From Bryobacterales bacterium (GTDB taxonomy: Bacteria > Acidobacteriota > Terriglobia > Bryobacterales > UBA6623): 24,000 nucleotides of DNA. The position numbers and the translations under genes are program-made. Shown piece by piece: positions 23,248 through 24,000 of the stretch (positions are counted from its first letter, which is position 1; every line of letters starts with the position of its first letter). The notes beneath the pieces were generated by a model. That model saw only the letters and a list, made by a program, of their open reading frames with translations. It ran no database searches and was not told the origin of the DNA. The stretch is from NCBI GenBank assembly GCA_963668345.2, contig CAXWPI010000003.1, positions 796,930 through 820,929 of the forward strand, given 5' to 3'.

Positions 23248-24000
23248 ATGAAACGGAGAAGCTTTGTAGGCGGTGCTTTCGCAGGCTTAGCGGTCCTGAC
23301 TCGCGGCGCACGTGGCGCCACGATCAAAACCGGGGACATTCCCAAGAGAACTTTCGGAAAAACGGGCGAGAAGCTGACCATTGTCGGGCAAGCCGGCGGC
23401 CGTTTCCCGCTGATTTCTTTTGACGAGGCCAAGGCGGTCACGCTGCGAGCCTACGAGCTGGGCGTCAACTACTTCGACAATGCTCACTCCTATTGGGAGG
23501 GCAGGTCGGAGGAAGTTTACGGCGCGGTGCTGCCGGCGTTCCGCAAGGAAGTCTTCATTACCACGAAGACCGCCGAGCGAACCCGCGAAGGAGCGGAGCG
23601 TGAATTGCACATTTCGCTAAAACGGCTCAAGACCGACTACATTGACCTGTGGCAAATCCACTCGGTTTCCAATATGGACGACGTCGAGAAGATCTTCGGC
23701 CCAGGCGGAGCGATCGAGGTGTTTGAAGCCGCCAAGAAGGCAGGCAAATGCCGCTTCATCGGATTCACGGGCCACCACGACCCCGAAGTTCACCTGGCGA
23801 TGCTGGAGCGTTACAAGGACTTCGATACCATCCTCATGCCTCTTCACGCCGCCGACCCCTCCTACCTGAGCTTTGAAACGCAGGTTCTAGAAGAGGCTCG
23901 CCGGCAGAACCTCGGCATTCAGGGAATGAAATGCCTGGCCAACTCGAAGCTGCTGCAGTCCTTCAGCGTCAAACAGTGCCTAACCTACGTTCTCAGTCTC
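23248..24000 (+). CDS. aldo/keto reductase with twin-arginine (Tat) signal, partial (runs off window end)
   Basis: Not in the ORF track because it has no stop in the window. GAGGGAGG lies upstream of the ATG at 23248. It reads MKRRSFVGGAFAGLAVLTRGARG (Tat-like RR motif), then GVNYFDNAHSY, YIDLWQIHS and FIGFTGHH. Confidence 0.85.
   Translation, partial: MKRRSFVGGAFAGLAVLTRGARGATIKTGDIPKRTFGKTGEKLTIVGQAGGRFPLISFDEAKAVTLRAYELGVNYFDNAHSYWEGRSEEVYGAVLPAFRKEVFITTKTAERTREGAERELHISLKRLKTDYIDLWQIHSVSNMDDVEKIFGPGGAIEVFEAAKKAGKCRFIGFTGHHDPEVHLAMLERYKDFDTILMPLHAADPSYLSFETQVLEEARRQNLGIQGMKCLANSKLLQSFSVKQCLTYVLSL

Overview
High-GC bacterial chromosomal window. Gene content and the style of the intergenic palindromic repeats suggest Planctomycetota, but that is inference. 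All family calls come from reading motifs by eye; no searches were run.

(1) 1-9.2 kb is an IS-riddled accessory region. A tightly coupled minus-strand operon is built around a Ycf46-like AAA+ ATPase. It carries at least five independent lesions: an IS21-family insertion with an 8-bp TSD, an in-frame TAG, a frameshifted and truncated DegT-like gene, a frameshifted small ORF, and an IS256-family insertion with a 9-bp TSD. An IS630-family remnant caps its 5' end.

(2) 9.3-11.7 kb holds a lower-GC secreted Asp-repeat (thrombospondin type-3-like) protein, a small acidic ORF, and an AT-rich 590-bp spacer.

(3) 11.7-13.9 kb holds a 719-aa radical SAM enzyme that looks like the Tes / GDGT-MAS tetraether-lipid-synthase family.

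(4) The rest is housekeeping-like: an SPFH/band-7 protein; a sugar phosphate isomerase; a cobalamin riboswitch with terminator ahead of a TonB-dependent receptor; a small secreted protein; an orphan modA; and a Tat-signal aldo/keto reductase that runs off the window end.

(5) The intergenic spaces at 15.7-16.2 kb and 20.7-22.0 kb are packed with nested palindromic repeats. These include two inverted copies of a 200-bp MITE-like element, one of them inserted in the loop of another palindromic element.

No rRNA, tRNA or CRISPR array was seen.
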